Shown one piece after another: positions 51,600-64,000 of a DNA stretch of 64,000 nucleotides. How positions within the stretch are numbered: the first letter of the stretch is position 1; every line of letters starts with the position of its first letter. The stretch is from Octopus vulgaris. Taxonomy: Eukaryota. The translations under genes were made by a program, and so were the position numbers. The notes under the pieces were generated by a model. The model was not told the origin of the DNA and made no database searches. It worked only from the letters and a program-made list of their open reading frames with translations. The stretch is taken from NCBI GenBank assembly GCA_951406725.2, contig OX597815.1:144336001-144400000 (forward strand). Reading direction: 5' to 3'.

Positions 51600-53088
51600 T
51601 ACAGGGTGATTCAAAAGTCTTTATACATACGAAAACATTTTTTAATAATTAATTTTATAAGATACCCTAGATTCCCTGATCTGATCCCTCTTGATTTCTA
51701 TCTTTGGGGGCATTTAAAAGGCATAGTGAATCGTGGAAAGATAAAAGACATGAATCATTTGAAGGAACGCATCACCAACTCATTTGGACACGTAACACCA
51801 GATGTGTTATTACGAGTTCACAACGAGTGGGGTAAATGTATTGCAATGTGTATTCAAACACAATGGTAACCATATAGAGCCTGTTAAAAAAAACAAAAAA
51901 CCTTGCTTTACTTTCTTTCAGGGGCCGCTAAGTAAAATATTTGTCTAGTACTGGGACAGGTTTTTCTCTCTCTCTTTGTCTCTCTTCCTGTCATTGTTGC
52001 GTGTGTATGCGTGAGAGAGAGAGAGAGGAAGTGTGTGAGTGTGTATGTGTGTGTTTGAGAGAGAGAGGGAGTGTGTGTGTTTGTGGGAAAGAGAGCGTGT
52101 GTGTTTGTGTGTGTGTGTGAGAGAGAGATAGTGTGTGTGTTTATGAGAGAGAGAGGGAGTGTGTGTGTTTGTGAGGAGAGCGTGTGTGTGTTTGTGTGTA
52201 TGTGTGTGAGAGAGAGAGTATGTGTGTGTGTGAGAGAGAGAGAGAGAGTGTGTGTGTGGGGGGGTTTTCTAGGATGAGCTGCGCACTGAAAAGCGTCCTC
52301 AGCAAACACTACAAGAAATTACAAAGGCCACATAAAAGGTAACCTGAAGGAACTGCAAATCAATGCAAAATTGTGAAGAACTAACTTTAGAAGCGTATAA
52401 GGGAAGGTTGTAAAACTTTTGAACGGCGGCAATTTGAGCACGAAAACCCGAAGCTTTCCAGGGGCTGTCATCAAAACTTCAGTGAAAGCATAAAGTGTCG
52501 CAGGTACGAAACGTGTCACCGTGTACTTCTTTCCAAGGTTGGGTATGTCAATCATTTGAAGCCCCATGAAAGATCAACTGTATGCAACGTTTTTCCTCCT
52601 AGACCGGGTGATTCGACCTGTGTTGTGTGTGAAAGAGCTTGCAAGTCGGTTTGGTGTCAGAGGAATGGCTGTGTGGTAAGTAGCTTGCTTACCAACCACA
52701 AAGTTCCGGGTTCCGGCCCACTGCATGGCAACTTGGGCAATCGTCTTCTACTATAGCCTCGGGCCGACCAAAGCCTTGTGAGTGGATGGAAACTGAAAGA
52801 AGCTCGTTGTATGTATGTGTGTGTGTATGTTTGTGTGTCTGTGTTTGCCCCCTCCCTCCACATCGGCTTGACATCCGATGCTGGTGTGTTTACGTCACCG
52901 TAACTTAGCGGTTCGGCAATAGAGAGACCGATAGAATAAGTACTAGGCTTACAAAGAATAAGTCCTGGGGTCGATTTACTCGACTAAAGGCGGTGCTCCA
53001 GCATGGCCACAGGCAAATGACTGAAACAAATAAAAGAATAAAAGAAAAGAAAAAGAATAATGTATGTCGACTTTTGAATCACCCTATA
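51600..53088 (+). mobile_element. Internally deleted Tc1/mariner (DDxD) element carrying later insertions
   Basis: TIRs TA-CAGGGTGATTCAAAAGTC / GACTTTTGAATCACCCT-ATA; residual PRFPDLIPLDFYLWGHLKGIV..HLKERI.. Confidence 0.85.
52270..52655 (+). mobile_element. Degraded RTE C-terminus with C2H2 fingers
   Basis: KRPQQ..NYKGHIKGNLKELQI...CHRVLLSKVGYVNHLKPHE...TCVVCERACKS. Confidence 0.6.
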
Positions 53089-53182
<94 letters not shown>

Positions 53183-55019
53183 CAAGCAAATTTGTTGCCA
53201 TGTTTAAAAAACTTCGTTTCTCTCTGCTATCAGTGTAGGTTGTTTGTTATTTCACATCAGGCGCTAGTTATCCATAGTTACGTCTGACACTGTTCTCTGC
53301 TAATCACAAAGTTGATACCCAAGAGGAATAGCTAAACTTGTTTATATCTTCATTCCTCATTTAAATGGACACACGAGAAACGCGAGACATCATACCGATC
53401 TCCAATGTAAATAATACTGTAAACTACCTTGGCAGAGCAGTAGGTAGCACATTAGTCTCAGAGTCTAAGCATTACAGTAACAAAATAATCGAAAGCCGAA
53501 AAGAGGTCACAGATTCAGTTCGCCCTCAAATTATTCTCCGTTATTGCGCAATAGACTATTTCTGTGGCAGGTTATGGTGCGAATCATAAATAATTATTTC
53601 ATGCATCAATAACAGACGCAAAATAGTTTCTTTAAAGCAGGTACATCTACCTGCGTTTATCACGGGTGTTTGGTTAAAAAATAAATAAATAAAACTAACT
53701 TGTTAAATGAGTCAGTGATAAATGAATGTGGCTGTGTGGTAAGAAGCTTGCTTCCCAACCACATGGTTCCGGATTCAGTCCCATTGTGTGGCAACTTAGG
53801 CAAGTGTCTTCTACAATACCCTTGGGCCAACCAAAGTCTTGTGTGTGGATTTGGTAGACGGAAACTGAAAGTAGCCCGTCGTATATATTGTTACGAAGGG
53901 GAAATATTCTGATGAATATAATTTTAAATTATACTAATCAAAATCGAAGTATTGTTCTTAAGTTCTGCTAAAGAAAACTAATAATGGATCGAGAATTAAT
54001 TTTAATTAGAAATAATGTTTCCTGATCTCGTGACTGACTTAAAGTACGCTACTCTCAATACTAAATTTGAAGTACATACCAGAAGCTGTTTGATACTGCA
54101 ATGATACACGAATATCACATAACACATTTTCTTTTTAGCTGGACAAAAATCACACTTGCTGGCTCAATTTAGTGAGGCATAAATAACATAGAACGGTACT
54201 ATTTCTCTCTTTAAACATTATTTTTCTGCACAACACGAATAATGTGTATACTGCCTCGGAAAATTTCTCTTGAAACAATATTTACTCTTTTACTTGTTTC
54301 AGTCATTTGACTGTGGCCAGGCTGGAGCACCGCCTTTAGTCGAGCAAATCGACCCCAGGACTTATTCTTTGTAAGCCTAGTGCTTATTCTATCTGTCTCT
54401 TTTGCCGAACCGCTAAGTTACAGGGACGTAAACACACCAGCATCGGTTGTCAAGCGATGTTGGAGGGACAAACATATACTCACACATATACATATATACG
54501 ACAGGCTTCTTTCAGTTTCTGTCTACCAAATCCACTCACAAGGCTTTGGTCGGCCCGAGGCTATAGTAAAAGACACTTGCCCAAGGTGCCACGCAGTGGG
54601 ACTGAACCCGGAACCATGCGGTTCGTAAGCAAACTACTTACCACGCAGCCTACTTTAATAACTAGTCATCTGTTTATCATATCTAACGTGTGATAGGTGC
54701 AGGTGTGACTGTGTGGTAAGAATTTTGCTTCCCAACCACTTGGTTCCAGGACAACACTGACGAAGAGGTGGTTGATGTACTACTGTAGTGGGAGGATAAC
54801 GAAGATGGAGAAGATCCACATGATGACATCATTCATCCTTATGTTTGGGAAGCTTTAATCAGTGCTCAAAAGGAAGAAGAGTGTGAAGTTCTAAAATAAT
54901 TCTTCTTGGTACGCCAGAAGAGGATCGCCAGCATGCACTGCTTGGGTTCATCGCCACATACTACAAGACTGGGATGAGAATAAGTTTTGTGAAGACTGAG
55001 ACATTGGTCAGCTCAAAGA

Positions 55020-55672
55020 AGTTTTCCCAAGCATCTCTGCATGTTAATGGAACATCACCGAAGCAAGTAGAGAGGTTTAAGTATCTCAGGGCCGTATTCA
55101 CGAGTGATGAAAAGCAAGAAGCTGGATCTGAATGCTAGAACTGAAGGTGGTGGAACAGTAATGCATCATTTTCTGCATTCGATCTTCATAAAATTAGAAG
55201 TCGGTAAAAAAGCCAAACTTGTCTTCAATTCGGTTTTTGTGTTTATCTTCACATTTGGTCATAAATGTTGTATAATAACTGAAAGAATTCGGTCGCGAAT
55301 ACAAGTGGCTAAAATGGGGTTCCTCCGAAGGATCCCGGCAGAAATGGTCCTTGACTGGGTGCACAGCTCGGAGATCAAGGAATCTCTCAAAGTAGAGCTG
55401 TTACTTCCCAGCAGCGAGAGGTCACCACAACAATAGAACCACGGACGTGATTATAATGACGCTGGAAAGAATCGTAAGACGAATTCTTCAAACCGAGCCA
55501 GACCTAGAGCAAGACGATTGGATAATACCCACAGCCTCAGTTGGTCACGCCTTGGAATCCAACCAAATAGTGTAATGACAGTTGCTTCTGATAGAACCCA
55601 GGGGGTGGTGGTGCCTGAAGACCGTATTCCAATGACCCTCCCAGAAGGTGGAATAAGAGGGATGGGTGGATG
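55020..55672 (+). mobile_element. RTE-clade LINE 3' end resembling Rex3/Expander
   Basis: QVERFKYL..FTSD...KKAKL.F.SVFV.I.TFGH..IITERIRSRIQVAKMGFLRRI...VHSSEIKESLKVELLL..ERS; ends in a GATGG-type tail. Confidence 0.8.
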
Positions 55673-56544
55673 GTTAAAATGAACTGTAGTTTAAAGCCAC
55701 ACTTAAATTCTAATTTACTTTAGGATGTATTAAAAAAGTTTAGCACTTTACTGATAAATTATATTTTCTCATAATTCATTAACGGACTTTTAAACTGAAA
55801 TACAATCAAAATGTTTCATTCAGTTGTGGCAGTGACGGCGGCGGAGTTTTTATGGGGAAAATATTAATACAATATCTTTTTTATTAACCTTAAAAATGTT
55901 AGGTTTTGTTTTATACTTGTCTTTTCTTTTTTTCTTTTACTTGTTTCAGTCATTAGACTACGGCCATCCTGGGGCATCGCCTTGAAGTCGAACAAATCAA
56001 CTGTCTTAGCCTGGTACTTATTCTATCAGTCTCTTTTGTTGAACCACTAAGTTACGGGGTTGTAAACACACCAACACCGCTTGTCAAGCGGTGGTGGACA
56101 AACACATACATACAGATAGATTCACATATAGGTATACACACACAGAAACACACACACATATATATATACGACGGGTTTCTTTCAGTTTCCATCTACCAAA
56201 TTTATTCACAAGGCTTTGGTCGGCCCGAAGCTATATTAGAAGACACTTTCCTAAGGTGCCACCCAGTGGGACTGAACCCAGAACCATGTTATTGGGAAGC
56301 AAGCTTCTTATACACAACCACGCCTGTGCCTATTATACTATATTAACAACAACGTTTTGTTGATAATACCACACCAGAGGCCACGACTAGTTCTCAGTCC
56401 ATTATCCAATATCGTTGTCTGATCAACCCTTTCCCACAACTTCCGGTTTATTTTACTTTGCTTTACCGTTATTACAGACGTTTGCTTAAAATTCGTAGAC
56501 GTTTTACCAATTGCTTTCAGGGTGAGTCTGTTTTGCCGTCAGCT

Positions 56545-58310
56545 TACGTAGGACAGCTATTCTGAAAGACTGTTTCGGTTTCTATTATTCTGGCTTTTTC
56601 GTTTCTGATTTTTGTCCTGCTAAAAAGAAAATGTGTTGAGTTATGGACCTGTGATACTCGTGTATCATTGCAGTATCAAACAGCTTCTGGTAAGTACTTC
56701 AAATTTGGTATTGAGAGTGTATTTTGGAAAATATCGATTACTAATTATACACAGTATATGTGTATATATGTGTGTGTGTGAGCGCTCGCTCAGGGTGTAA
56801 AAGAGCAAGATTCGATATTTCCAAGAACAAATTGTTCTACGAAATGATTTGTCAAAGAAAGTTTGGCGGTTTTTCGGAATAGCAGACAGTTGTCCCACCA
56901 AAGCTGGAGTTTCTTTTGTATAGCAATTTTCAAAAGTGTGATATAAAAAAATTTGGGGAAACCTTAAAAAAGAAAAAAATGTTAAGCCCACGTTTTTTTT
57001 TTATAAACGCCTCTACTTTCCACCACCTCTCACTGTGTCTTTAGAGCAGGGAGCAAATCTAAAATTGTATTGTTTCTTTCTTTTTCGTTTTTTTCCCCAT
57101 CATTTTATTATATTCCTCATTCTGAAACACTTGGAATTCGCATTAAAAAAAATTCTTTCGTCATCGTATCTTTCATTATTAAAACCAAACATTATTTCGC
57201 TCGTCGCTACGTTCTAAGTTCAAATTCCGCCGAGGTCGGCATTGCCTTTCATCCTTTGGGGGTCGATGAAATAAGTAGCAGTCAAGCACTGGGGTCGATG
57301 TAATCGACTGTACCCCACCCTTCAAAATTTCAGGCCTTATGCCTATAACAAAACCAAACACTTACTACAAGTGGATGTGGGAAAAGAAAATTAGAATTAC
57401 CGAAGAAGTATTTGTAAAAAATGTCGTTTAAAATGTAGAAAAGAATATTTTTTTAGTTGACGAAAAAGTTTAATAGGACCAAAAAAAAATCTGTTTTCGC
57501 CTGTGTCAGTGATTCGAAACCTGACCGTTAGATTCCTATTTTCGTAGCAGTAGGTGGTTGTTGCAACACCTTTTTTTGTAACTAAAACGATATATTTCTA
57601 ATTGTTTTTGTCGTGTGAAGGAGATGAAAAAAAAAAAGGCGTGTAAAATTGAATTTTATGGAAATTATAAACGTTAAAAAAGGTAAGTTTAAATATATTC
57701 TTTTTCTCTTAATTTTATTTTTATGCTGTATGAAAAAATGTTTTGGAGAACGTAAAAGTATATAAAAAAAATAGACGAAAATAGTAAAAGAAAAAGCAAA
57801 ATTAATATTAATAGTGAAATGCGACGGAGTTGGGGGCAATTTAAGAATTGAGAAAAAAACCCTATTAAAATGCGAATTTCAAGTGTTTTGGGATGTTTAA
57901 TATAATGAAAGGACGAAAAATAGCAAAAAGGTAAATAAAAAAAAATTCAGTGGTGGTGGTTGTTCTAAAGACGCGATGGGGCGGAGGAGAACAGTTTAAA
58001 AATAAGAAATTAAGATTTTTTTCAAAAAACACCCTACCACGCTTTTTATTAGAAATCTAAAAAAAATAATTTTTTTAAAAATTCCAACAAAAACGCAGAA
58101 ATCCCAACTTATTTGTGACAGCTATTGCGAAAGTCTGTCATGCCTTCTTACTATGTTTTTTTTTTTTTTTTCGTTTGTTCTTTGAGTCCCAGTATTTTGT
58201 TCAGCTAAAAGGAAAATGTGACGAGTTATGAACTTGCAATACACTTGTCATTGTAATGCCGAGTAGCTTCAGATTTTTTATTGAGAGTGGATTTTGGAAA
58301 ATATCGATAT
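56545..58310. repeat. Unclassified repeat with ~190-bp direct repeats (56545-56740, 58115-58310) and an inverted relative at ~53950-54150
   Basis: Shared gacagctatt..gaaag.ctgt...gctaaaa.gaaaatgtg..gagttatg.ac.tg...tcattg...agcttc...attgagagtg.attttggaaaatatcgat. Confidence 0.6.
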
Positions 58311-58965
58311 ATACTTATATAGTCTTTATATGACTGTAAAGCATGGAAAAGGCAAATAAAGACTAAATGTGTTTCATATCTAAACAATATGTTACACAAC
58401 CTGTAAGTTATGTAATAATTATTAACTATGAAACATGTTGTTTTCATATACTTTTTCCATTCCTTACATTCTTGGATTTTTATTCACATATTTACTGAAC
58501 CATGAGTTGTATGATGATTGTCAGCTTATCGAAAATTTCATTGATTCAACATGTCATGAAGTGTACAGAACATACGATGGCGATTAAACTGTTCACCTTT
58601 TTTCATCTATACTGCGTATATGCCTGGAGCTTACTAACTTCCTATACAAGAATCTTTTGGACCATGCTACCCTATAACTCTGTGCGTGCTAAGACTAAGT
58701 GCAAATTGTCCATGGTAATGATTTATCAGAGTTTTATAGCAGGACATGTATTTTGATGTATACAATCATGCATAGATTCCCATCAATCTTTTTACTTTTG
58801 TTTTGTATTGATTTATACAACAATTAGGTTTTTGTTTAATTAAAATTTGACCCAGGTTAACCCTTTTGTTACCATATTTCAACTGAAATATACGTGCTTT
58901 TTAAAAATTAATTTTGAAAATAATGAAGAATTTAGTTAAACAGCTTTGTCATTAAGTCAGTGTCA

Positions 58966-59750
58966 GGGCGACGAGCTGGCAGAATCGTTAGCATGCCGGG
59001 CGAAATGCTTAACGGTATTTCGTCTGCCGCTACGTTCTGAGTTCAAATTCCGCCGAGGTCGACTTTGCCTTTCATCCTTTCGGGGTCGATTAAATAAGTA
59101 CCAGTTACGCACTAGGGTCGATATAATCGACTTAATCCATTTGTCTGTCCTCTCTCTGTTTAGCCCCTTGTGGGTAGTAAAGAAATAGGTATTTCGTCTG
59201 CCGCTACGTTCTGAATTCAAATTCCACCGAGATCGACTTTGCCTTTCATCCTTTCAGGGTCGATTAATTAAGTACCAGTTACGCACTGGGGTCGATATAA
59301 TCGACTTAATCCGTGTGTCTGTCCTTGTTTGTCCTCCTTGTGGGCAATAAAGAAATAGGTATTTCGTCTTTCTTTACGTTCTGAATTCAAATTCCGCCGA
59401 GATCGAATTTAACTTTTATATTTTCGGGGTCGATAAATTAAATACCATTTGAGTACTGGGGTCGATCTAATCAACTGGCTCCTCTCCCACAAATTTCAGG
59501 CCTTGTGCTTAGAGTAGAAAGGATTATTAAGTGTCAGGGTGGCGAGCTGGCAGAGTCGTTAGCACGCCGGGTAAAATGCTTAGCAGCATTTTGTCTTTAC
59601 GTTCTGAGTTCAAATTCCTCCGAGGTCGGCTTTGCTTCTCATTCTTTTGGGGTTGATAAAATAACCACCAGTTAAGCATTAGGGTCTATGTACTCGACCA
59701 GCTCCCTCCCACAGAATTTCAGACCTTGTACCTATAGTAGAAAGGCGTAT
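58966..59750 (+). mobile_element. Tandem array of four SINE family C units inside a P2 MITE
   Basis: Units at 58966-59187, 59188-59357, 59358-59525 and 59537-59750. Confidence 0.9.
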
Positions 59751-60222
59751 TAAGGTGATGTTTGGAGCATAAATTAACGTGGAATTTTGTTGGAAGGTTT
59801 TAATTTCGAGTAGCCAAAGAAACAGATTTCAACTCAAACCAGCAGTAACTTTCCCTGTTTTTAGTCTCAGAACTCTTGAATTCTACTATTTTACTATCAT
59901 CGGAGGATAAATTTACACAAATTTATATACAACCTGGAGGAACAAATATAAACCAAAACTAAACCCAAGATTAGTTGTAAAACTAGTCCCGTGAGTACAA
60001 TACTTTTCTCTTGATTTGTATTAAACACACCGCTCATTCTGATTTGTACTAAATACACTGAACTCTACCAAATACACCCAGATATAGCCATGCATTTCCG
60101 AATATATCGACCACTTGAAAACCGTAAGTTTGTGTCACAAATCAGGGGCGATCTCGAGTGGGTTAAACATGAAGTTCAGTCCCTGAAAAAGCAGTGTCCG
60201 CATAAAAGTTGAACCCTTAAAA

Positions 60223-60503
60223 CAGTGGTTCCGAAAGTGGGCGGTACCTCCCCCTGGGATGGGGTGGAAAGATTCAAGGGGGCGCTGAGGAAAAGTGTGT
60301 GGGGGCTAATAATGGAGTGGCCAAAAGGGGTGGGATGGGGGCGATGTATGAAAAACAAAATAATGGGTTAATTAGGTTAAGTTTTATTTGTGAAGTACAA
60401 TTGTTTTGAATTTGATGCAGAGAGTGGTTTGTGGGGTGAGTGCGCTAGGAATGTGGCCTGGGTGTCAAAGGGGTGGCTGCCCAAAATCGTTTGGGAACCA
60501 CTG
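60223..60503. mobile_element. hAT-family MITE
   Basis: TIRs CAGTGGTTCCGAAA / TTTGGGAACCACTG with a perfect 8-bp TSD CCTTAAAA (60215-60222 and 60504-60511). Confidence 0.9.
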
Positions 60504-60859
60504 CCTTAAAAATGGTCTTAAAACTCGAATTTTACTTCGGTATAAATTATACAATAAATACCTCCATTTTAAGTTTAATATTTAGTTTATCATATCATTC
60601 TGTTTTAGTAATGTACTAAATTATGCGGACCTAAAGAGCTCACACCTGTTACCTGGCGGTGATGTACAAATTAATGTATTCACAACAGACTTATGCAGGT
60701 TTTTTGCCTGCCAAATTTACTCACAAAGCAATACTAAGCTAGACTGGAAGATATTTGCCAAGATGCTATGCAATTGAACCGAACCAAGACCACATGGTTA
60801 GGAAGCAGGCTTCTCAAGCACACCGCCATACTTGCTTAATAATATGGGAGAGAGACGAA

Positions 60860-61290
60860 CAAAAATACCCAAGGGCAGCTCCGAGGGATTATTTTTCACA
60901 ACAAGGAGCAGGATGACGGAAGCTGACCTAGAGAAACAGCTAAAGTTTCCGGTGCACATTACCCAGACATTACTGTGACCAGAACCATCTTGGTTTCCAG
61001 GGCAAAAGCAACTATTTCTTCTGGACTTAAGTGTCATGAAACGAGAGGATGGAGTAGGCTCAAGTGAGGAAGGGACCCAAATACGAGGAGTTGGTGGATG
61101 ATTGCTGCAGGAATGGATGGGAAACAAGGTTTTTGCATGTGGCGGTTGGCAGTTGAGAGTTTGCAAGTTGTAATGTCTATGGAACTCTGGCATTTCACGA
61201 GTTCATTGAAGAAGAGCCATCAAGATCGATATGGAATCTGCTGACAAATCGATTAGCTGGCTCTGACAGGAAAAGATCATCAGTGAGATC
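60860..61290 (+). mobile_element. HERO/NeSL-like RLE retrotransposon 3' fragment
   Basis: DLEKQLKFPVHITQTLL*PE..KQLFLLDLSV...KYEELVDDCCRNGWETR...VAVGS matches the RPD..ELTVPWE..KY..L...C...GW....VEVG endonuclease signature. Confidence 0.75.
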
Positions 61291-61792
61291 GGTAAAGTGC
61301 CGCTTGGATACAACAATCTTCTGTCAATTTTTCAAAGGCAAATTAGTTGAAGGGGTTTGTTTGGTCACATGATATGCTTCCCTGACTCTGCTTTTTGAGT
61401 CTTCCATGGACAAGAAAGTTCGCAAAGAAATGGTTGAATGAACCCAGGAAACAAAGAGGAAGGAGACGATTGTGTGCTGGTGTTATGGATGCTAACAATT
61501 CGGCACAGCTGACTGGACATTCAACCAGTTTTGGTGCTAGAGGCATACACACACGCATGCGCGCAGAAAAAGAGATAGATAGTGTGTGTTTGTAAAACAG
61601 CTGAGGGACCTTATTCCATCGTACTATACCCATTGATATTTTGGTATGTTCAAACACCACGACCAATGCAAGACTGCCATAATAAATTTAAGGCTAACAT
61701 GTTTAATGTAGAGAGCCCAAAAATTTTAAGTTGACATCCGTAATGAGAGGAAAGATTTATTAGATTAATGATTAACACCGATTAGAGAATGC

Positions 61793-61883
61793 AAGGGAGA
61801 CAACTATGAATATTAAAAAGAATTATAAAATTGGATTCTCGCAATCTATTTTTAATGACTTAAATTACGGGGTTGTCTCCCTT
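61793..61883. mobile_element. Possible tiny MITE
   Basis: 12-bp inverted termini AAGGGAGACAAC / GTTGTCTCCCTT. Confidence 0.35.
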
Positions 61884-64000
61884 ACCTTCATTGAACTGAA
61901 ATTATCTTCACTTCGGATGTAATTTTTAATTTGTCTCACTGCATGAGATATTATCAATAACTTTACTGTTTGTTTTTCTTGCTGAAGGTGTTCCTGGTAT
62001 ACCAGTCATTATCTTAATATTATAATCATTAGATGTGCGTGTATCTTGACATCACATCATCATCTAACGTCCATTTTCCATGCTGGCATGGGTCACACTC
62101 AGCTCCATTTCTCTCTTTTGGCTTGGTTTCTGCAGCTGGATCACTTTTCTAATGCCAACCACTTTATAGAGTGTACTATGTGCCTTTTAGGTGGCACTAA
62201 CACCAGTGCAAAACCATGTCTGGCCATGGGAAAATTTAATCTTGCTTGGAAATGGTTGAGGGTTGGTGACAGGAAGGGTGTCCAATTATAGAAAATCTGC
62301 TTCAAATTTACTCAGGCCCATGCAAGCGTGCACAAGGTGGACATTTGGATTCACCGTTTTTATAGTTGTCTTCCATGATACACTATTTTAAAACAGCAAC
62401 AAACATAACCATGTGTAATGTATGATTATAGGGCATCACTTAAAAGACATCTCGTGTAGCAACATTGAATTGCTTCAATCTATAGCTCATTTACACAATG
62501 GATCACCCTCCTCTGCTTGCATCATCATCGTTTAACGTCCACTTTCCATGCTAGCATGGGTTGGACGATTTTGACTGAGGGCTGGCGAACCAGATGGTTG
62601 CACCAGGCTCCAATCTTGATGTGGCATGGTTTGTACAGCTGGATGCCCTTCCTAGCGCCAACCACTCCAAGAGTGTAGTGGGTGCTTTTTACGTGCCACC
62701 GGCACGGGGGCCAGTTGGGCTGTACTGGCAATGACCTCGCTCAAATCCTTTTACACATGCCACCAGCACAGGTGCCAGTAAGGCGACTTTGGTAACGATC
62801 ATGCTCGAATGGTGCCCTTTTACATGCCAATGTGTCCAAAGAAGGAAAAGGTTATGCATAAGTTGGCTGGTTACGCCCTGGCATAGGCCATGAGATTATG
62901 GTTTCATTTGGCTTGCCAGGTCTTCTCACAAGAAATATCAAACTTGTTTTCATTTATTAACTCTACTTTTCTCTTAACTCCACAGCATATACTGATAAAT
63001 GACCTACAGTGTACTTCATAACTCTTTCTGTTTTTACACACACACACACACTCTATCCATCTATCATACGTATCATGCTTCATTCATATCAACAACTCAG
63101 GAGTAGAAACATACCGACACAACACACACATACAAAACATATTTTCATATCTTATCTCTCTTGACTCAATAAATCAGAACACAAATTCTCTCTCGTATGC
63201 ATAAATCAAGTCTCAAACATTATCTCCCTTGAATGGAAAACACTCTTCTGGCTGAAAAGCACCTTTTCTTTCTAACTCTTTGTCCTCCATTTCTTCACTG
63301 CAAATCATTATTCTCACTAAACTTTGTTTTTTTCTCGTTAAAAGATCTACAGTTCAAAGTTCTCCCCTATGTCTTTTTTTTTTTTTTTACATCATGAAGT
63401 TAATTAGCTTGTATCCATCTCTTGTTTTTGTTGTTTAATTATTTTCCTTTTCTGCAACCTTTTAAATATATTATCCTACACTGATATAGTTCTGCCTTTG
63501 AATTATATGGGATTGAATTAATAAGGGTATGCCATCTTATTTATTAGAGAACCTCACTGGTGTATGGCTTTTCACAAGAAGCAACATTGGATTGGTCTCT
63601 CAATACTGACTTCACCTTTCATGTGAGAAGACAGTAACCATATCACCTGGAGATGTAAAATTCTAATTACCAATTGATTTCATTTAATATCTTCAACAGC
63701 ATGCTACTAGCCAGAAAATTTCCTAATAGTTAGTGAAGTAAGACTGATCTTTCTGAAGAAAATTGGTGTTTGATGGGTTCTGTTCAGTGAGCAGATCACT
63801 GACAATATTCTTCAGTGTATTGCCAGAAGAGTATTTTGGGCAACTCTTCTGAAACCAACAATCGAATGGAAGTTTATTAATGTTGCTGTTAAAACATTTT
63901 TTCTGCACCACTTGACAGATACAGGCGTGGTCATTTGGTAAGAAGCTTGCTTTCCAACCACATGGTTCTGGGTTCATCTTCAGATTCCGTTAGAGTAGAT

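Overview
AT-rich eukaryotic genomic DNA, very probably octopus (cephalopod), judged from its dense tRNA-derived SINE families, RTE-type LINE tails ending in (GAT)n and long TA/TG/TATG microsatellites. The window contains no intact protein-coding gene, and most long ORFs in the track are microsatellite artefacts. It is a stack of nested mobile elements: a 5'-truncated RTE/RTEX LINE (7.7-10.5 kb) plus about 20 copies of its 3' UTR; fragments of RTE (BovB-like and Rex3/Expander-like), CR1, R4/Dong and HERO-like retrotransposons; Tc1/mariner, hAT and piggyBac-like MITEs; and a non-autonomous Helitron. A few splice-bounded segments (ending 4008; 21111-21517; 35690-35803; ending 42592) suggest the largely non-coding 5' end of a plus-strand host gene. 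A 100-N gap lies at 49732-49831. The most interesting signal is a set of palindromic, Penelope-style insertions carrying minimal hammerhead-ribozyme motifs. One family occurs twice (40288-40896 and 46945-47646): it joins a tRNA-like Pol III head to a hammerhead-containing tail, has an inverted 5' duplication and is flanked by 12-13 bp target-site duplications. Two other motifs carry the compensatory U3-A8 hammerhead core. All family assignments come from motif recognition by eye, not database searches.
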